Shown: positions 1 through 9,416, counted from the first letter of the stretch. The stretch: DNA of 48,184 nucleotides from an uncultured archaeon (GCA_964587725.1 CAZPLO010000009.1:1-48184), one strand, 5' to 3'. A program made the numbers and translations. The notes: a model not told the origin generated them from the letters alone.

Positions 1-5
1 TGGCC

Positions 6-1553
6 ATGGCATTAACGCTCCTCGTATCCCTCCCCTCTGTACTGAATCCTGCAGTACTCTACAGGAGCGACAACCAGCCGCACGCAGGCTACGTGCATTC
101 CATACGCAACACGGGAGTGCCGCCGGAGACACCGTATCTAGCAGGCCACCCCTTAAACTACTACTGGTTCTACGACGCATTCAATCTTATGCAGTCCACG
201 GCGCTGGCTGTCCACCCCCTCACCGCAATCCACATTACAGACTACACAGCGTTCCTATCCTTGGCTATGATGATGTGGCTTCTCTCCAAATCCTTCGGCG
301 GTGATAAGGGGGTGAACATTGTGTCGGTGTTGTTCATGGTGTTCGGACTGAACGCGTTGAAGGGATGGGAGCTGACGCGAAGCCTGATAGACGGCTCCAT
401 CCGCATGAGTTCATTATCCGGTGTCGGTAATATACTTGGTGCGTTAACGGGGTGGGGGAACGCGTCCTTCATGGCGGGCTACTTGGTGGCTCATCCGATG
501 GCGTTGGCGCTGCCCATGATGGCCGCCGGATTCTACTGCATCAACGAACACAGGAAGACCGGCCACAGGGGATACCTCTGTTATCTCCTCCTGTGCACCG
601 TTGGCGCAGCATACGCTCATCCGCCGACGGCCGTATACTACGGTGCCGCCGCCGGCTTATACGTTGTGTTGGAGTTCATGAGGCGCAGGCACGTTGCGGT
701 GGCTGTCGCCGCCGTACTGATATGGTCTGCCGCGGTCATAGTACCCTACGGGTCCGCAATAACATCGGGGAAGGCGGGCAGCGTCTGGGACGACTACTTC
801 AGGGACGTGGACCGGGGAGTCCGTCTGATAAAATCCCTGTTCGAACACCACCTCAAAGTCGTGGCGTTGTTCGCCGCCGTCGGCATAATCCTGGGCAGAC
901 GCAGGCTAAACCTGCCTCTGCTTTCTATGCTGCTGACCTTCGCTTTGGCGTACGTGTTCGTCAACACACCCGGCGGCAGCTGGAAGAACACCCACCTGAT
1001 GATGATTCCGTTGTCCATACTGGCGGCATGGGGTTTTACGGGCCTGGTGTCGAAGATACCATATGGCCGCTGTAGGCTTCTCGCATACCCTATGCTGGCA
1101 CTGCTACTCCTCCCCACCAACGTGTTGACGGTGTACGGGTACGCGTCTGAGCCGTGGGAGCCGCAGCCCGCGGGGGACGTCTACCAATGGATGCACTCCA
1201 ACACGCCGTCGGACAGCGTGTTCGTGTTTGAGGAAGGGTTTTTCAGGCTGTTCATGTCGGAAGCCGGGCGTTCCGCGTACGTGTACGACCGCTACTTCGA
1301 ACTCTACGACTACGACCGCACGCCGGTGGATCACCGGCTGAAGGTTGTGGAGGAAGTTCTTGCCGGCGAAAACACGGCGTCAAACACGGACTACATATGC
1401 TCCGATGTCGGAAGACCCGTCTACGTGCTCCTCCACGTCAGGCAGCTGGCCCGGAACCCATCTCTCCTGGAGGCGTTCAATCCGGAGGAGTTCACTGTGG
1501 TTGCGCTGGACTCTGGTTCTGCGGTGATAAATAGGCGGGGGTGCAATAGTTAA
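6..1553 (+). CDS. Multi-pass membrane protein, GT-C-fold glycosyltransferase-like (may be 5'-truncated by the window edge)
   Basis: About 10 hydrophobic segments, an N-terminal loop motif 'PPETPYLAGHPLNYYWFYD' and a C-terminal soluble domain ('YQWMHSNTPSDSVF'). The frame is open to the window start. Confidence 0.55.
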   Translation: MALTLLVSLPSVLNPAVLYRSDNQPHAGYVHSIRNTGVPPETPYLAGHPLNYYWFYDAFNLMQSTALAVHPLTAIHITDYTAFLSLAMMMWLLSKSFGGDKGVNIVSVLFMVFGLNALKGWELTRSLIDGSIRMSSLSGVGNILGALTGWGNASFMAGYLVAHPMALALPMMAAGFYCINEHRKTGHRGYLCYLLLCTVGAAYAHPPTAVYYGAAAGLYVVLEFMRRRHVAVAVAAVLIWSAAVIVPYGSAITSGKAGSVWDDYFRDVDRGVRLIKSLFEHHLKVVALFAAVGIILGRRRLNLPLLSMLLTFALAYVFVNTPGGSWKNTHLMMIPLSILAAWGFTGLVSKIPYGRCRLLAYPMLALLLLPTNVLTVYGYASEPWEPQPAGDVYQWMHSNTPSDSVFVFEEGFFRLFMSEAGRSAYVYDRYFELYDYDRTPVDHRLKVVEEVLAGENTASNTDYICSDVGRPVYVLLHVRQLARNPSLLEAFNPEEFTVVALDSGSAVINRRGCNS

Positions 1554-1554
1554 C

Positions 1555-2817
1555 GTGGACTACATGGTCTCACCCGCCGATTCGCTGGAGGGGTCTGTGA
1601 AGGCGCCTGCGAGCAAGTCGTACACCATACGGGCGGTGCTGTCAGCCCTCCTAGCAGACGGAGAGTCCACCATACGTTCGCCGCTGAAATCACGGGACAC
1701 CAGGGCATCGTTCAACGCCTGCCACTCCTTCGGAGGAAAACTAACGTGGAACGACGACTCCGTAATGGTTTCAGGCACTGCAGGACATTTGAAGGCACCT
1801 TCTTCAACCATCGACGCGTTGAACTCCGGCACCACCATCCGGATTGCGACGGCCCTTGCCTCTCTCTGCACTGCAGAAGTGGCGTTGACGGGCGACGACT
1901 CCGTGAGGAAGCGGCCGGTGCAGCCGCTTCTTGACGCGTTGGAGCAGTTGGGTGTATCCACATCCTCTGAAAACGGTTGCCCGCCGGCTACAGTCCAGGG
2001 CCCGCTTAAGGGCGGTTCATGCAATATAAGGGGTGACGTGAGCAGCCAGTTCATCACCGCATTGCTGATGGCCTCCCCCTACGCGGAACAAGACGTTACA
2101 GTAAACGTCACTACTGAGTTGAAGAGCCGCCCCTACGTGGACATGACGTTGAACATGCTTTCGATGTTCAAAATAGACGTGGTCGACGACGGTCGAACGT
2201 TCGTCGTCCCAGCCAACCAAACCTACCGGCCGGCGGACTACACGGTGGAGGGAGACTACAGCAGCGCAGCGTTCATACTCGCCGCAGCGGCATTGACGGA
2301 CTCCGAGGTCACGGTCGAGAATTTGTTCAAATACAGCCTCCAGGCCGACAGGAAAATCGTGGCCATACTCTCGGACATGGGGGCGGACGTTAAGGTGGAA
2401 GACGATTCCGTTACCGTGTCAGGAGGCGCACTGCACGGAGTAACCGTCGACCTCGGGGGCTCACCCGACCTGGTGCCGATAGTCGCCGCCGTCGGCTCGC
2501 TGGCGGACGGTGAAACCGAGATAGTTAACGCAGCCCACGCCCGCCTCAAGGAATGCGACCGCATACGCGCCATGGCCGTCGAACTGAAGAAGATGGGCGC
2601 ATCGGTGGAGGAACGGGATGACGGGCTCGTACTCAGCGGAGGTTCACTTAAAGGCGCGGTCGTAGACGGGTGGCGGGACCACCGCATCATCATGGCGTTG
2701 TGTGTCGCGGCGTTGAAGGCCTCCGACGAAACCGTTGTCCAAGGGGCGGAGCACGTGGACGTCACATTCCCGGACTTCAAGGAGGTGTTGAACGGTCTGG
2801 GGGCGTCGATAAAATGA
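1555..2817 (+). CDS. aroA: 3-phosphoshikimate 1-carboxyvinyltransferase (EPSP synthase)
   Basis: Motifs PASKSYTIR, NSGTTIR, SSQFITALL, RLKECDRI, DHRI. Confidence 0.97.
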   Translation: MDYMVSPADSLEGSVKAPASKSYTIRAVLSALLADGESTIRSPLKSRDTRASFNACHSFGGKLTWNDDSVMVSGTAGHLKAPSSTIDALNSGTTIRIATALASLCTAEVALTGDDSVRKRPVQPLLDALEQLGVSTSSENGCPPATVQGPLKGGSCNIRGDVSSQFITALLMASPYAEQDVTVNVTTELKSRPYVDMTLNMLSMFKIDVVDDGRTFVVPANQTYRPADYTVEGDYSSAAFILAAAALTDSEVTVENLFKYSLQADRKIVAILSDMGADVKVEDDSVTVSGGALHGVTVDLGGSPDLVPIVAAVGSLADGETEIVNAAHARLKECDRIRAMAVELKKMGASVEERDDGLVLSGGSLKGAVVDGWRDHRIIMALCVAALKASDETVVQGAEHVDVTFPDFKEVLNGLGASIK

Positions 2818-2915
2818 GTCTGTGGGATGCGTTCCGCCTGTGGAAGCAGCTGGTGAAGGCAGGGTTGGATGAGGTCCGGCTGGGCCTGCGGATGATGCGC
2901 GGCGAACAGCTTTAA
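2814..2915 (+). CDS. Putative 33-aa small protein (MSLWDAFRLWKQLVKAGLDEVRLGLRMMRGEQL)
   Basis: Its ATG overlaps the aroA stop (ATGA) and it fills the aroA-GT2 gap. Amphipathic-helix pattern. Confidence 0.45.
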   Translation: MSLWDAFRLWKQLVKAGLDEVRLGLRMMRGEQL

Positions 2916-2940
2916 AACCCGTGTTGAATATAATCATACG

Positions 2941-3771
2941 ATGACGTCCCTGTCTTGCATCATACCCGCCTACAATGAGGAATCCGTGCAGGAGGTCGTT
3001 GACGGCCTCCACGCCGTCCTCGACGGCTCAGACCATGAGATACTGGTTGTCGACGACGGCTCGGAAAACCCAGTGAAGGCAGATAGAGCCAGGGTAATCC
3101 GCCACCCCCGGAACATGGGCTACGGCGCGGCGTTGAAGACCGGGCTGCTCAAGGCATCGGGAGAGAAAATACTTATAATAGACGCGGACGGCACCTACCC
3201 AGTGGAGGCGGTTCCGGAGCTGCTCGTCAGGGACTCGGACATGGTGGTGGGTTCCCGCACCAAAGAGGGGGTTAAGATACCTGGGTACCGGAAACCAGCG
3301 AAATGGTTTCTGCGCAAGCTCGCCAACTATTTGAGCGGGACCAACATACCGGACCTCAACTCAGGCCTGCGTGTATTCAGAAGAGGTCGCGCCATCGAAT
3401 TCCTACACCTGTATCCGAGCGGCTTCTCATTCACCACCACAATCACCCTAGCGTTCCTAAGCAGCGACTACACTGTCGAGTACGTGCCCATAGACTATAG
3501 GGTGCGGCAGGGAAAGTCCAAGATAAACCCCATCCAGGACGGATTCAACTTCACAGGGTTGATAGTCCGCACCATACTCTACTTCAACCCCCTGAAGGTG
3601 TTCCTCCCGTTCAGCCTCCTCCTTCTGCTGGCGGCATTCATGGTGTTCCTGTACACGGCATTCATGCTGGGTCGGGTCATGGACATCGCCACCATCACCC
3701 TGACGGTCACAGCGGTTGAGGTACTGCTGTTCGGTTTGCTCGCGGACCTGATAGTCAAGAGGGTAAGATGA
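2941..3771 (+). CDS. Family 2 glycosyltransferase (DPM1-like) with two C-terminal TM helices
   Basis: IIPAYNEE, VVDDGS, NMGYGAALKTG, DADG motifs. Confidence 0.93.
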   Translation: MTSLSCIIPAYNEESVQEVVDGLHAVLDGSDHEILVVDDGSENPVKADRARVIRHPRNMGYGAALKTGLLKASGEKILIIDADGTYPVEAVPELLVRDSDMVVGSRTKEGVKIPGYRKPAKWFLRKLANYLSGTNIPDLNSGLRVFRRGRAIEFLHLYPSGFSFTTTITLAFLSSDYTVEYVPIDYRVRQGKSKINPIQDGFNFTGLIVRTILYFNPLKVFLPFSLLLLLAAFMVFLYTAFMLGRVMDIATITLTVTAVEVLLFGLLADLIVKRVR

Positions 3772-5174
3772 AGGTATTGTTCGTCAGCCCGCCGACGGAC
3801 CACATGCTCCGCTCCGAAGTCCCGGAGGTGCTGTCCACCGAACGCGGGCACAACCCGCCGCTGGGCATACTCTACCTGGCTTCCTCCCTGAAGGCTGCAG
3901 GCTATGAAGTCGGGGTCTTGGACGCGCAGGCGGAGGAACTCGATCAGGAGGGCATCCGCAGGAGGGTAAGGCAGGATAAGCCGGACCTCACTGCAATAAC
4001 CGCAACCTCATTCACGTTAATCGATGCTTTGCAGACGGCGGAGTCCGTAAAGGAAGCCTACCCGGACGTGCCGGTGGTGTTGGGCGGACCCCACGCCACC
4101 ATCTACCCCCGCGAAACCGTGGAACTGGATAACGTAGACTATGCGGTGTCCGGGGAGGGTGAGGAGGTGTTGGTGAAGCTTGCCTCTGCCGTAGACTCGG
4201 GGGAGTCCCCGGACATTCCGGGCGTGGCCTACAGGTCCGGCGGGGAAACCCTCTACGGCGGGAGGGCGCCGTTCATAATGGACTTGGATGCGCTGCCGTT
4301 CCCCGACCGCACGCTCCTTCCGTACAGGAAATACACGTCCCTCCTGGCGAAACGAAACCCCGTCACCACGTTGTTCAGCTCGCGGGGGTGCCCGTACAGG
4401 TGCATGTTCTGCGACCGCCCTCAGATGGGGAAGGTGTTCCGCGCCCGCTCAGCTGAAAACGTGGTAGACGAGATAGAGGAGTGTGTGGGGCTCGGCATCA
4501 ACGAACTACTCATATACGACGACACCTTCACAGTCGACCGCCAGCGCGTCCTCGACATATGCTCTGAAATAAAAATGAGGGGGTTGGATGTGGGGTTCGA
4601 CGTCCGCGCCCGCGTAAACACCGTCGACCCCGGTCTGCTGGCGGCCATGCGTTCCGCCGGATGCGAGAGAATACACTACGGCGTGGAGTCGGGGAACCAG
4701 GAGATACTGGACTTCATACGAAAGGGTATCACGCTGAAGCAGGTGGTGGACGCGTTCAAATGGACCAGGGAAGAGGGCATCGACACGCTCGCGTACTTCA
4801 TGCTCGGCCACCCCCGCGACACCCGCGACACCATAGAGCAGACCATAGACTTCGCAGTGAAGCTGGACCCCATGTACACGCACTTCACCATAACAACCCC
4901 GTTTCCCGCCACCGACCTTTATCGTCTCGGCCTGGAGGAGGGCGTCATAGAATCGGATGTGTGGCTGGAGTACGCCCGCCGCCCCACGGAAGACTTCATC
5001 CCGCCGGTGTGGGAGGAGAATTTGAGCATGGAGGAGCTGCAGAGGCTCCTTAAAAACGCGTACAAGAGATTCTATGTCCGGCCGAGCTACGTACTCACCC
5101 GCCTCCTCAAGGTGCGTTCCCCGTCCGAGTTGAAGCGGAAGGTTATGGCGGGGCTGAAGGTCATCGGCTGGTAA
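3768..5174 (+). CDS. Cobalamin-binding radical SAM protein
   Basis: PPLGILYLAS and GGPHAT B12-binding domain, CPYRCMFC (CxxxCxxC), YDDTFT, GVESG. Confidence 0.93.
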   Translation: MKVLFVSPPTDHMLRSEVPEVLSTERGHNPPLGILYLASSLKAAGYEVGVLDAQAEELDQEGIRRRVRQDKPDLTAITATSFTLIDALQTAESVKEAYPDVPVVLGGPHATIYPRETVELDNVDYAVSGEGEEVLVKLASAVDSGESPDIPGVAYRSGGETLYGGRAPFIMDLDALPFPDRTLLPYRKYTSLLAKRNPVTTLFSSRGCPYRCMFCDRPQMGKVFRARSAENVVDEIEECVGLGINELLIYDDTFTVDRQRVLDICSEIKMRGLDVGFDVRARVNTVDPGLLAAMRSAGCERIHYGVESGNQEILDFIRKGITLKQVVDAFKWTREEGIDTLAYFMLGHPRDTRDTIEQTIDFAVKLDPMYTHFTITTPFPATDLYRLGLEEGVIESDVWLEYARRPTEDFIPPVWEENLSMEELQRLLKNAYKRFYVRPSYVLTRLLKVRSPSELKRKVMAGLKVIGW

Positions 5175-5499
5175 TCATGTTTTCCTCGTCCACAACCACG
5201 ACCGTGGGCTGCTGTTCCTCGCCCTCTCCGCATATGCAGAAGCTCATCACAATCACCCTGTCCCCCACTTCCGCGAGTTTGGCGGCGGCGCCGTTGACTT
5301 CAACCACTCCGTCTCCCGCAATGGCGTAGGTCTCGAACCTGTTTCCGTTGTTGATGTCGCATACGAGGACCTTCTCGTGCTCCCTGATGCCCGCCGCGTC
5401 CATCAGCTTCCGGTCCAGCGTTATGCTGCCTGTGTAGTCTGGGTTTGTGCCGGTGACTGTGGCGCGGTGAATCTTGGACTTCAAAAATATTTCAAACAT
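5161..5499 (-). CDS. panD: Pyruvoyl-dependent aspartate 1-decarboxylase
   Basis: LKSKIHRATVT, YTG/SIT self-cleavage site, NGNRFETYAI, NGAAA. Confidence 0.93.
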   Translation of the reverse strand: MFEIFLKSKIHRATVTGTNPDYTGSITLDRKLMDAAGIREHEKVLVCDINNGNRFETYAIAGDGVVEVNGAAAKLAEVGDRVIVMSFCICGEGEEQQPTVVVVDEENMITSR

Positions 5500-5500
5500 T

Positions 5501-6055
5501 TTATAAATTATTTATAATTTTCTTTAAATTATTTGAACTCTCCCGTTCGACGTCTGCGTAGAGGCTTCTGCCGTGCGAGTCCATTGCCACTGTCAGCGGC
5601 ATGTCCTTCACTCGCAGCACCCAGAATGCTTCGGGGACGCCGAACTCCTCCAGCATGAAAACGTCCTCCACCTCCTTCACGCTCTCCGCCACCACCGCTC
5701 CGGCGCCGCCGACTGCCGCGAAATACACGCACCCGAAGTCCGACAGCGCCTTCAGTGTTTTCCCGCCCATGCCGCCCTTGCCTATGACGGCGCGGACACC
5801 GAACCCCTCTATGACCTCTGCCTCATAAGGCTCCTCCCGTATTGACGTTGTGGGGCCCGCGGATATTATCTCCCTGTCCCGTACCACGGGGCCGCAGTGG
5901 TATATCACGTTCAGCTCGAACGGCAGCTCTCCGCCTTCCATGAGGTATTTGTGGGCCGCGTCACGTGCGGTGACGACCGTGCCGGACAGTTCCACCTTGT
6001 CGCCGGCCTTCAGCCCCCCGACTTCATCCTCCGTCAGCGGCGTCTTCAGATTCAC
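5501..6055 (-). CDS. Class I Fe-S fumarate hydratase (or tartrate dehydratase) beta subunit
   Basis: TARDAAHK, YHCGPV, AGPTTS, IGKGG, MDSHG motifs. The GTG start at 6055 overlaps the alpha-subunit stop. Confidence 0.9.
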   Translation of the reverse strand: MNLKTPLTEDEVGGLKAGDKVELSGTVVTARDAAHKYLMEGGELPFELNVIYHCGPVVRDREIISAGPTTSIREEPYEAEVIEGFGVRAVIGKGGMGGKTLKALSDFGCVYFAAVGGAGAVVAESVKEVEDVFMLEEFGVPEAFWVLRVKDMPLTVAMDSHGRSLYADVERESSNNLKKIINNL

Positions 6056-6885
6056 ACCGTCACCTCGAGGGTGTGTCTCCTGCAGGCCCAGCACATCAGC
6101 GACACCGCCACGAAAAAGGAGGCGGGGTGGCGGTGCTGTTTCCCGGCCTTCACGTCTAACGCCGTCGTCTTCCCGCCCAATCCCCCCGGCCCTATGCCCA
6201 ACGCGTTGATGTCCGACAGCAGTTTTTCCTCAAACGCCGCCAGCTCCTTGTCACCACTCCTCTCCCCTACGGGACGGAGCAGCTGTCTCTTGCTCAACGC
6301 CAGCGTCTCATCCGCCAGCCCCCCCAAACCGACCCCTACTATGTATGGGGGGCAGCCTTTCCCCTGCGCCCTATGAACCGCATCCAACACGCACTTCCTG
6401 ACTCCGTCGAGGTCCCGGCCTGCATCCAGAGAGCTGTCGGGCAGATTATACAGTTGTGTAACGTTCTCGCTGCCCCCGCCCTTCAGCATCAGCTCAATAA
6501 TCACCGTGTTCCCATCCCATTCCGTGAAATGTGTTACCGGGAAGTTGACGCCTGTGTTGTCTCCGCTGTTCACTCCCGAAACGGGGTCGACGGCGTTCGG
6601 CCGCAGGGGAACGGATTCCGTCGCCTTCTTTACAGACCCAGCCAGCTTCTCCTTCAGCTCCGCGGTGTCGAAACCCGAAGGCGCCTTAACATGGAATATC
6701 GGCGTCCCCGTGTCCTGGCACATGGGCTTCCCCGTTTCACGGGCGAGGCGTATGTTCTCCAGTATGGTGTCGAGGACGTCGGCGGCCACACCTTCCTCGC
6801 GATCCCGAGCCTGCTTCAGCGCTTCCTCCACGTCCTGTGGAAGGTCCGTGGCGCACCTTTTCAACAGCTCAACGGCCTCATCCAT
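6052..6885 (-). CDS. Class I Fe-S fumarate hydratase (or tartrate dehydratase) alpha subunit
   Basis: PMCQDTG, KGGGSEN, GCPPY, GIGPGGLGG, HPAS and CWACR motifs. Confidence 0.92.
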   Translation of the reverse strand: MDEAVELLKRCATDLPQDVEEALKQARDREEGVAADVLDTILENIRLARETGKPMCQDTGTPIFHVKAPSGFDTAELKEKLAGSVKKATESVPLRPNAVDPVSGVNSGDNTGVNFPVTHFTEWDGNTVIIELMLKGGGSENVTQLYNLPDSSLDAGRDLDGVRKCVLDAVHRAQGKGCPPYIVGVGLGGLADETLALSKRQLLRPVGERSGDKELAAFEEKLLSDINALGIGPGGLGGKTTALDVKAGKQHRHPASFFVAVSLMCWACRRHTLEVTV

Positions 6886-8143
6886 CGTATGCCCTATAGA
6901 GTCTCTTAGCCTCTGCAGCCAACTCCCTGGTGTGCGCCTCCACGTCGGCGGCCGTCACCTTGACGCGGGCCACCCCGCTTTTGACGGCGGCTTCGGCCAC
7001 CGCCCCGGCCTCCAAGGCCATGATGTCCGGGTTCAGCGGGTCTGTTATGATGTTCTCTTCGTCCGGCTCCGGGGTCGCGGAGGCTATGGCGTATGCGGCC
7101 GCCAACTTCATGTCTTCATTTATGTCGGTTGCCATCGCATCCAGCGCCCCTCGGAATATTCCCGGGAAGCCTAAGACGTTGTTTATCTGGTTGGGGTAAT
7201 CCGACCTGCCGGTCGCCACCACCCATGCACCGGATGCCTTAGCCTTTTCAGGCATTATCTCAGGCACGGGGTTGGCGCACGCGAACACTATGGCGTCGTC
7301 GGCCATCGACTCCACCATCTCCTCCGACACCACGTCGCCCACCGACAGCCCCACGAACACGTCCGCTCCCTCTATGGCGTCCGCCAGAGTCCCCTGGATG
7401 TTCCCGCGGTTGGTTACTTCCGCAACCCCTTCCTTGTGGGGGTTCATGTTTTCCGCTCGGCCCTCGTATATGGTTCCGCGGCTGTCGCACATTATAACGT
7501 CTTTCACGCCCGCGCCCATGTAAAACTTTGCGCACGCTATCCCCGCAGCCCCCGCTCCGTTGAACGCCACCCTCACTTTCCCTATGTCTTTTCCCACCAC
7601 CTTCAATGCGTTGATGAGGCCGGCGAGTGTGACTACGGCGGTGCCGTGCTGGTCGTCGTGGAACACGGGTATGTCCATATCAGTCTTCAGTCTTTTTTCT
7701 ATGTCGAAGCACCGTGGTGCGCTGATGTCCTCCAGGTTTATTCCTCCGAACCCCGGTTCCAACGCCTTCACCATGCCTACTATCTCGTCCGGGTCTTTGG
7801 TGTCGAGGCAGATGGGGTATGCGTCGACGCCCGCGAGCATCTTGAACAACACGGCCTTGCCCTCCATCACCGGCATCCCCGCCGCCGGCCCGATGTCCCC
7901 GAGACCGAGGACTGCACTGCCGTCGGTGACCACCGCGACAGAGTTGCCCTTGGAGGTGTACTCGTAAGCCTTAGCGGGGTTTTCCTGTATTCCTCTGCAG
8001 ACTTCTGCGACTCCGGGGGTGTATGCGAGGCTCAGGTCTTTGTGGTCTTTCAGCGGCGTCTTGCTGGCTACAGCGACCTTGCCTTTTCTCCTGCTGTGGT
8101 ACTCCAGCGCCTCCTCGACGGTGTATTTCACGGGGTCTGTCAT
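6878..8143 (-). CDS. NAD(P)-dependent malic enzyme
   Basis: LSLAYTPGVA, PVMEGKA, INLEDI, FHDDQHGTA, GAGAAG, GRSDYPNQINNVL. Confidence 0.96.
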   Translation of the reverse strand: MTDPVKYTVEEALEYHSRRKGKVAVASKTPLKDHKDLSLAYTPGVAEVCRGIQENPAKAYEYTSKGNSVAVVTDGSAVLGLGDIGPAAGMPVMEGKAVLFKMLAGVDAYPICLDTKDPDEIVGMVKALEPGFGGINLEDISAPRCFDIEKRLKTDMDIPVFHDDQHGTAVVTLAGLINALKVVGKDIGKVRVAFNGAGAAGIACAKFYMGAGVKDVIMCDSRGTIYEGRAENMNPHKEGVAEVTNRGNIQGTLADAIEGADVFVGLSVGDVVSEEMVESMADDAIVFACANPVPEIMPEKAKASGAWVVATGRSDYPNQINNVLGFPGIFRGALDAMATDINEDMKLAAAYAIASATPEPDEENIITDPLNPDIMALEAGAVAEAAVKSGVARVKVTAADVEAHTRELAAEAKRLYRAYDG

Positions 8144-8163
8144 CTTAAACCCTTAATTCTTCG

Positions 8164-8186
8164 AACTCTGTTATAAAAGCAGAGTT
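8164..8186. promoter_or_regulatory. TATA-like box (TTATAAAAG) enclosed by a 7-bp inverted repeat, between divergent malic enzyme and aroC genes
   Basis: AACTCTG-TTATAAAAG-CAGAGTT, read directly from the sequence. Confidence 0.5.
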
Positions 8187-8199
8187 TTCATAACTAACA

Positions 8200-8251
8200 G
8201 AACCTTTTAACAAAAGGTTCACGAAATTGTGCGGGGGTGCTGTCGCACCCC
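8200..8251. repeat. Palindromic modules GAACCTTTT-AAC-AAAAGGTTC and GGGGTGC-TGTC-GCACCCC
   Basis: The first module recurs at 39145-39165, with a variant at 32543-32561. Confidence 0.75.
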
Positions 8252-8265
8252 ACGGGGAACTAGGA

Positions 8266-9360
8266 ATGGGAAACACATTCGGTAACGTCTTCCGGCTTAC
8301 GACGTGGGGTGAAAGCCACGGCCCCGCCGTCGGCTGCGTTCTAGACGGCTGCCCCACCGGCCTTGAACTCGGTGCCGACGACGTTCAACGTCAGCTGGAC
8401 CGCCGCCGGCCAGGCCAGAGTCAGGTGACCACGTCGCGCGGCGAGGCGGACGAGGTTGAATTGTTGTCTGGCGTGTTCGAGGGTCGGACGCTGGGCACGC
8501 CAATCAGCATGCTGGTCAGAAACCTCGACAAAGACTCCAGCAAATACCGTGAGATAATTCATAAGCCCCGGCCGGGCCACGCCGATTTGACGTGGCGGAT
8601 GAAGTACGGGCACGTGGACTGGCGCGGCGGAGGCCGCAGCAGCGCCCGGGAGACCGTGGGCAGGGTCGCGGGCGGCGCAGTCGCCTTGAAACTGCTGAAC
8701 CGCTTCAACGTGCAGGTGGTGGGGTACACGAAACAGATTGGCTCCGTGAAGTCGGAGGAGACACTGGATGCTTCGATGAAGGGTGTGTCGGATTTGATTG
8801 AAAGCAACCCCGTCCGCGCCTTGGATGTGGAACAAGCGAAGGCGATGGAGGATGAGGTGCGGGAAGCCAAACGGCAGGGTGACTCCGTCGGCGGCGTCGT
8901 GGAGTGCGTGGCGTTGAACGTTCCGCCGGGCATGGGGGAGCCGGTGTTCGGTAAACTCACCGCGGAACTCGCTGCGGCGGTCGCGTCCATACCCGGGTGC
9001 CGGGGCGTGGAGTTCGGCATGGGCTTCCAGTCGTCTGGGATGCGGGGCAGCGAGGTCAACGACGAATTCACGTTCCAGAACGGCGTTGTTAAGACCCGTA
9101 CCAACCGGTGCGGCGGAATACAGGGCGGCATATCCAACGGCATGCCCGTCGTCCTCCGGGCGGCGTTCAAACCCACCGCGTCCATGGGAAAACGGCAGCG
9201 GACCGTCGATTTGAACTTGAAGAAGGATTCTTACCTGAAGGTTGAGGGCCGCCACGACCCGTGCATCGCCCCCCGCGCCGTTCCCGTGGTGGAGGCGATG
9301 GTCTCCCTCGTCCTGGCGGACCACATGCTCATGTCAGGCGCCATACCGCGCAGGCTCTGA
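8266..9360 (+). CDS. aroC: Chorismate synthase
   Basis: MGNTFG, GESHG, RRRPG, PRPGHAD, GGGRSSARET, KPTAS, GRHDPC. Start placed at ATG 8266. Confidence 0.97.
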   Translation: MGNTFGNVFRLTTWGESHGPAVGCVLDGCPTGLELGADDVQRQLDRRRPGQSQVTTSRGEADEVELLSGVFEGRTLGTPISMLVRNLDKDSSKYREIIHKPRPGHADLTWRMKYGHVDWRGGGRSSARETVGRVAGGAVALKLLNRFNVQVVGYTKQIGSVKSEETLDASMKGVSDLIESNPVRALDVEQAKAMEDEVREAKRQGDSVGGVVECVALNVPPGMGEPVFGKLTAELAAAVASIPGCRGVEFGMGFQSSGMRGSEVNDEFTFQNGVVKTRTNRCGGIQGGISNGMPVVLRAAFKPTASMGKRQRTVDLNLKKDSYLKVEGRHDPCIAPRAVPVVEAMVSLVLADHMLMSGAIPRRL

Positions 9361-9416
9361 ACGGTTTCCCCGCGGAAACCAGAACCGTTTTTACGTTTCC
9401 ATGCCATATCCTCTAC

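Noticed and set aside
8231-8240. GCGGGGGTGC identical to the first 10 nt of tRNA-Leu (split-tRNA fragment?)
   Set aside because: Only 10 nt, part of a local hairpin, with no D-arm continuation. Compatible with chance.
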